DNA of 64,000 nt from Blastocatellia bacterium (GTDB taxonomy: Bacteria; Acidobacteriota; Blastocatellia; UBA7656): the NCBI GenBank assembly GCA_963765495.1, contig CAVXWP010000008.1:1-64000 (forward strand). The letters are read 5' to 3'. Below are positions 62,602 to 64,000 of this stretch, piece by piece. Each line of letters begins with the position of its first letter. The stretch's first letter is position 1. The notes below the pieces were generated by a model. That model did not search any database. It was not told where the DNA came from and saw only the letters and a list, made by a program, of their open reading frames with translations. The position numbers and the translations under genes are program-made.

Positions 62602-64000
62602 ATGACCAGGAGCAAGAGCCTGATTCTTTCTATTATCCTGATGCTTGCAATGCTGTTGCCCGCGTCCGCGCAACAGCCCTCGGAGTCTCAAAAGGCGGCC
62701 GCTCAAATAGCCGGATCGGTTCTGGTCGAGGGCCAGGCCATGAGTTATCTGAGCCTGTTGTCTGATCGGTTCGGTCCCCGGTTGACCGGGTCCGCTTCAT
62801 ACAGGGGCTCAACCGAGTGGGCCATCGCGACCTTTCGCGCTATGGGAATTCAAAATGTGAAATTGGAGCCGTTTCAAATAGCAAATGCATGGGAGAGGGG
62901 AGCGGCGACCGGGCGAATTACAAGCCCCGTCGAGCGGACTCTGCATATTCAGTCGCTCGGCTGGACGCCTTCGACTCCGCCCGGGGGCATTAAGGGAGAG
63001 GTGAAAGAGCTTGATGACATTTCCTCCGAACATATCAAACAGGAGAGCGATGATATAAGAGGACACATCATTATGCTCGACCTGAGCAAGGTGTTTGCAG
63101 AGGGCATATCGGCATTTGGCCGTGTCATAGCCGCGCACAAAGAGCTAAAGGATGCAGGCGCTCTTGCCGTCATATGGCCCGATTTCGAAGCCAATAACGT
63201 GTTGAATGCTTTCTCGCCAAACTGGGGGACCGAAATCGCCCCGCTTCCCGTAGCTCAAATAGGCATGGAGGACGGCAAGCTCATTCGCCGTTTAGCTGAA
63301 TCGGGCGGGCCTACAAAACAGAAGCGGCACGAGGTACCGGTTGAGATCGAATTTCAATACGAGAACAGAGTGACGGGCCCGGTCGAGGTAAATAACGTCA
63401 TCGCTGAAATACCGGGTAGCGAGAAGCCCGACGAATGGATCATAATCGGGGCGCACCTCGATTCGTGGGATTACGGCACGGGCGCGCAGGATAACGGCTC
63501 GGGCGTTGCGATGGTGATGGAGGCCGCAAGGGCCATCGCCGCGTCGGGTCGCAAGCCTCGCCGCTCGATCAGGTTCGCTTTGTGGGGAGGAGAAGAGCAA
63601 GGGTTGCTCGGCTCTACGGCTTATGTTCACAAGCACTCGTCAGAACTCGGTAAATGCATCGCCGTCTTAAACACAGACAACGGCGCGGGCGAGCCGAAAG
63701 GCTGGAAGGTCGAAGGGCGAGAAGATGTAGCTCAAGCGTTGAAACCGATAAGCGAAACACTGCTGAAAGGTCTCGGCGGCAGCGGAATATCTATGGAACT
63801 CACGTTTGATACAGACCATGGCCCTTTTATGATCGAAGGCATTCCGGCCCTTGATCTGTGGGTTGATATGGAGCCTTACTCAAAGATTCATCACAAAACG
63901 AGCGATACTCTCGACAAGGTGAACGAGCATTACCTGACTACGGGAGCGGCGATCCTTGCCTTGACGGCCTTTACGGTTGCCGACAGCGCCGAACCGCTCG
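62602..64000 (+). CDS. M28 family metallopeptidase (carboxypeptidase Q-like), runs off the window; absent from the ORF track
   Basis: GGAGG RBS, signal peptide, FGPRLTGS, GAHLDSWD, DNGSG, GEEQG, TDHGPF. Confidence 0.9.
   Translation, partial: MTRSKSLILSIILMLAMLLPASAQQPSESQKAAAQIAGSVLVEGQAMSYLSLLSDRFGPRLTGSASYRGSTEWAIATFRAMGIQNVKLEPFQIANAWERGAATGRITSPVERTLHIQSLGWTPSTPPGGIKGEVKELDDISSEHIKQESDDIRGHIIMLDLSKVFAEGISAFGRVIAAHKELKDAGALAVIWPDFEANNVLNAFSPNWGTEIAPLPVAQIGMEDGKLIRRLAESGGPTKQKRHEVPVEIEFQYENRVTGPVEVNNVIAEIPGSEKPDEWIIIGAHLDSWDYGTGAQDNGSGVAMVMEAARAIAASGRKPRRSIRFALWGGEEQGLLGSTAYVHKHSSELGKCIAVLNTDNGAGEPKGWKVEGREDVAQALKPISETLLKGLGGSGISMELTFDTDHGPFMIEGIPALDLWVDMEPYSKIHHKTSDTLDKVNEHYLTTGAAILALTAFTVADSAEPL

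Overview
Bacterial window whose gene content suggests an Acidobacterium, probably Blastocatellia-like (inference). Positions 1-18083 are an accessory patch: an HNH-bearing group II intron inside a class D (RmInt1-like) group II intron inside an ISAs1 transposase; a 2992-aa secreted propeller/beta-helix protein ending in a PorU/gingipain-like C25 peptidase; an ECF43-type sigma factor whose kinase partner is truncated; and an integrase-less integron cassette remnant (attC sites, serine hydrolase cassette) hit by IS5, IS4 and IS701-like elements. Positions 18093-64000 are mostly core genome: nuoAB with a MidA-type methyltransferase, tRNA-Leu, tig-clpP-clpX-lon-yihA, rho, a DUF1326/MauG-like diheme cluster, lhgO, galU-like, an orphan Dam-type MTase, hpnCDE, carD, degP, uvrA, trpS-scpA-scpB-rluB, an NtrY-like kinase and an M28 peptidase. 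Intergenic spaces carry covarying palindromes and 7-9 nt tandem repeats. All calls come from motif recognition by eye; no searches were run.
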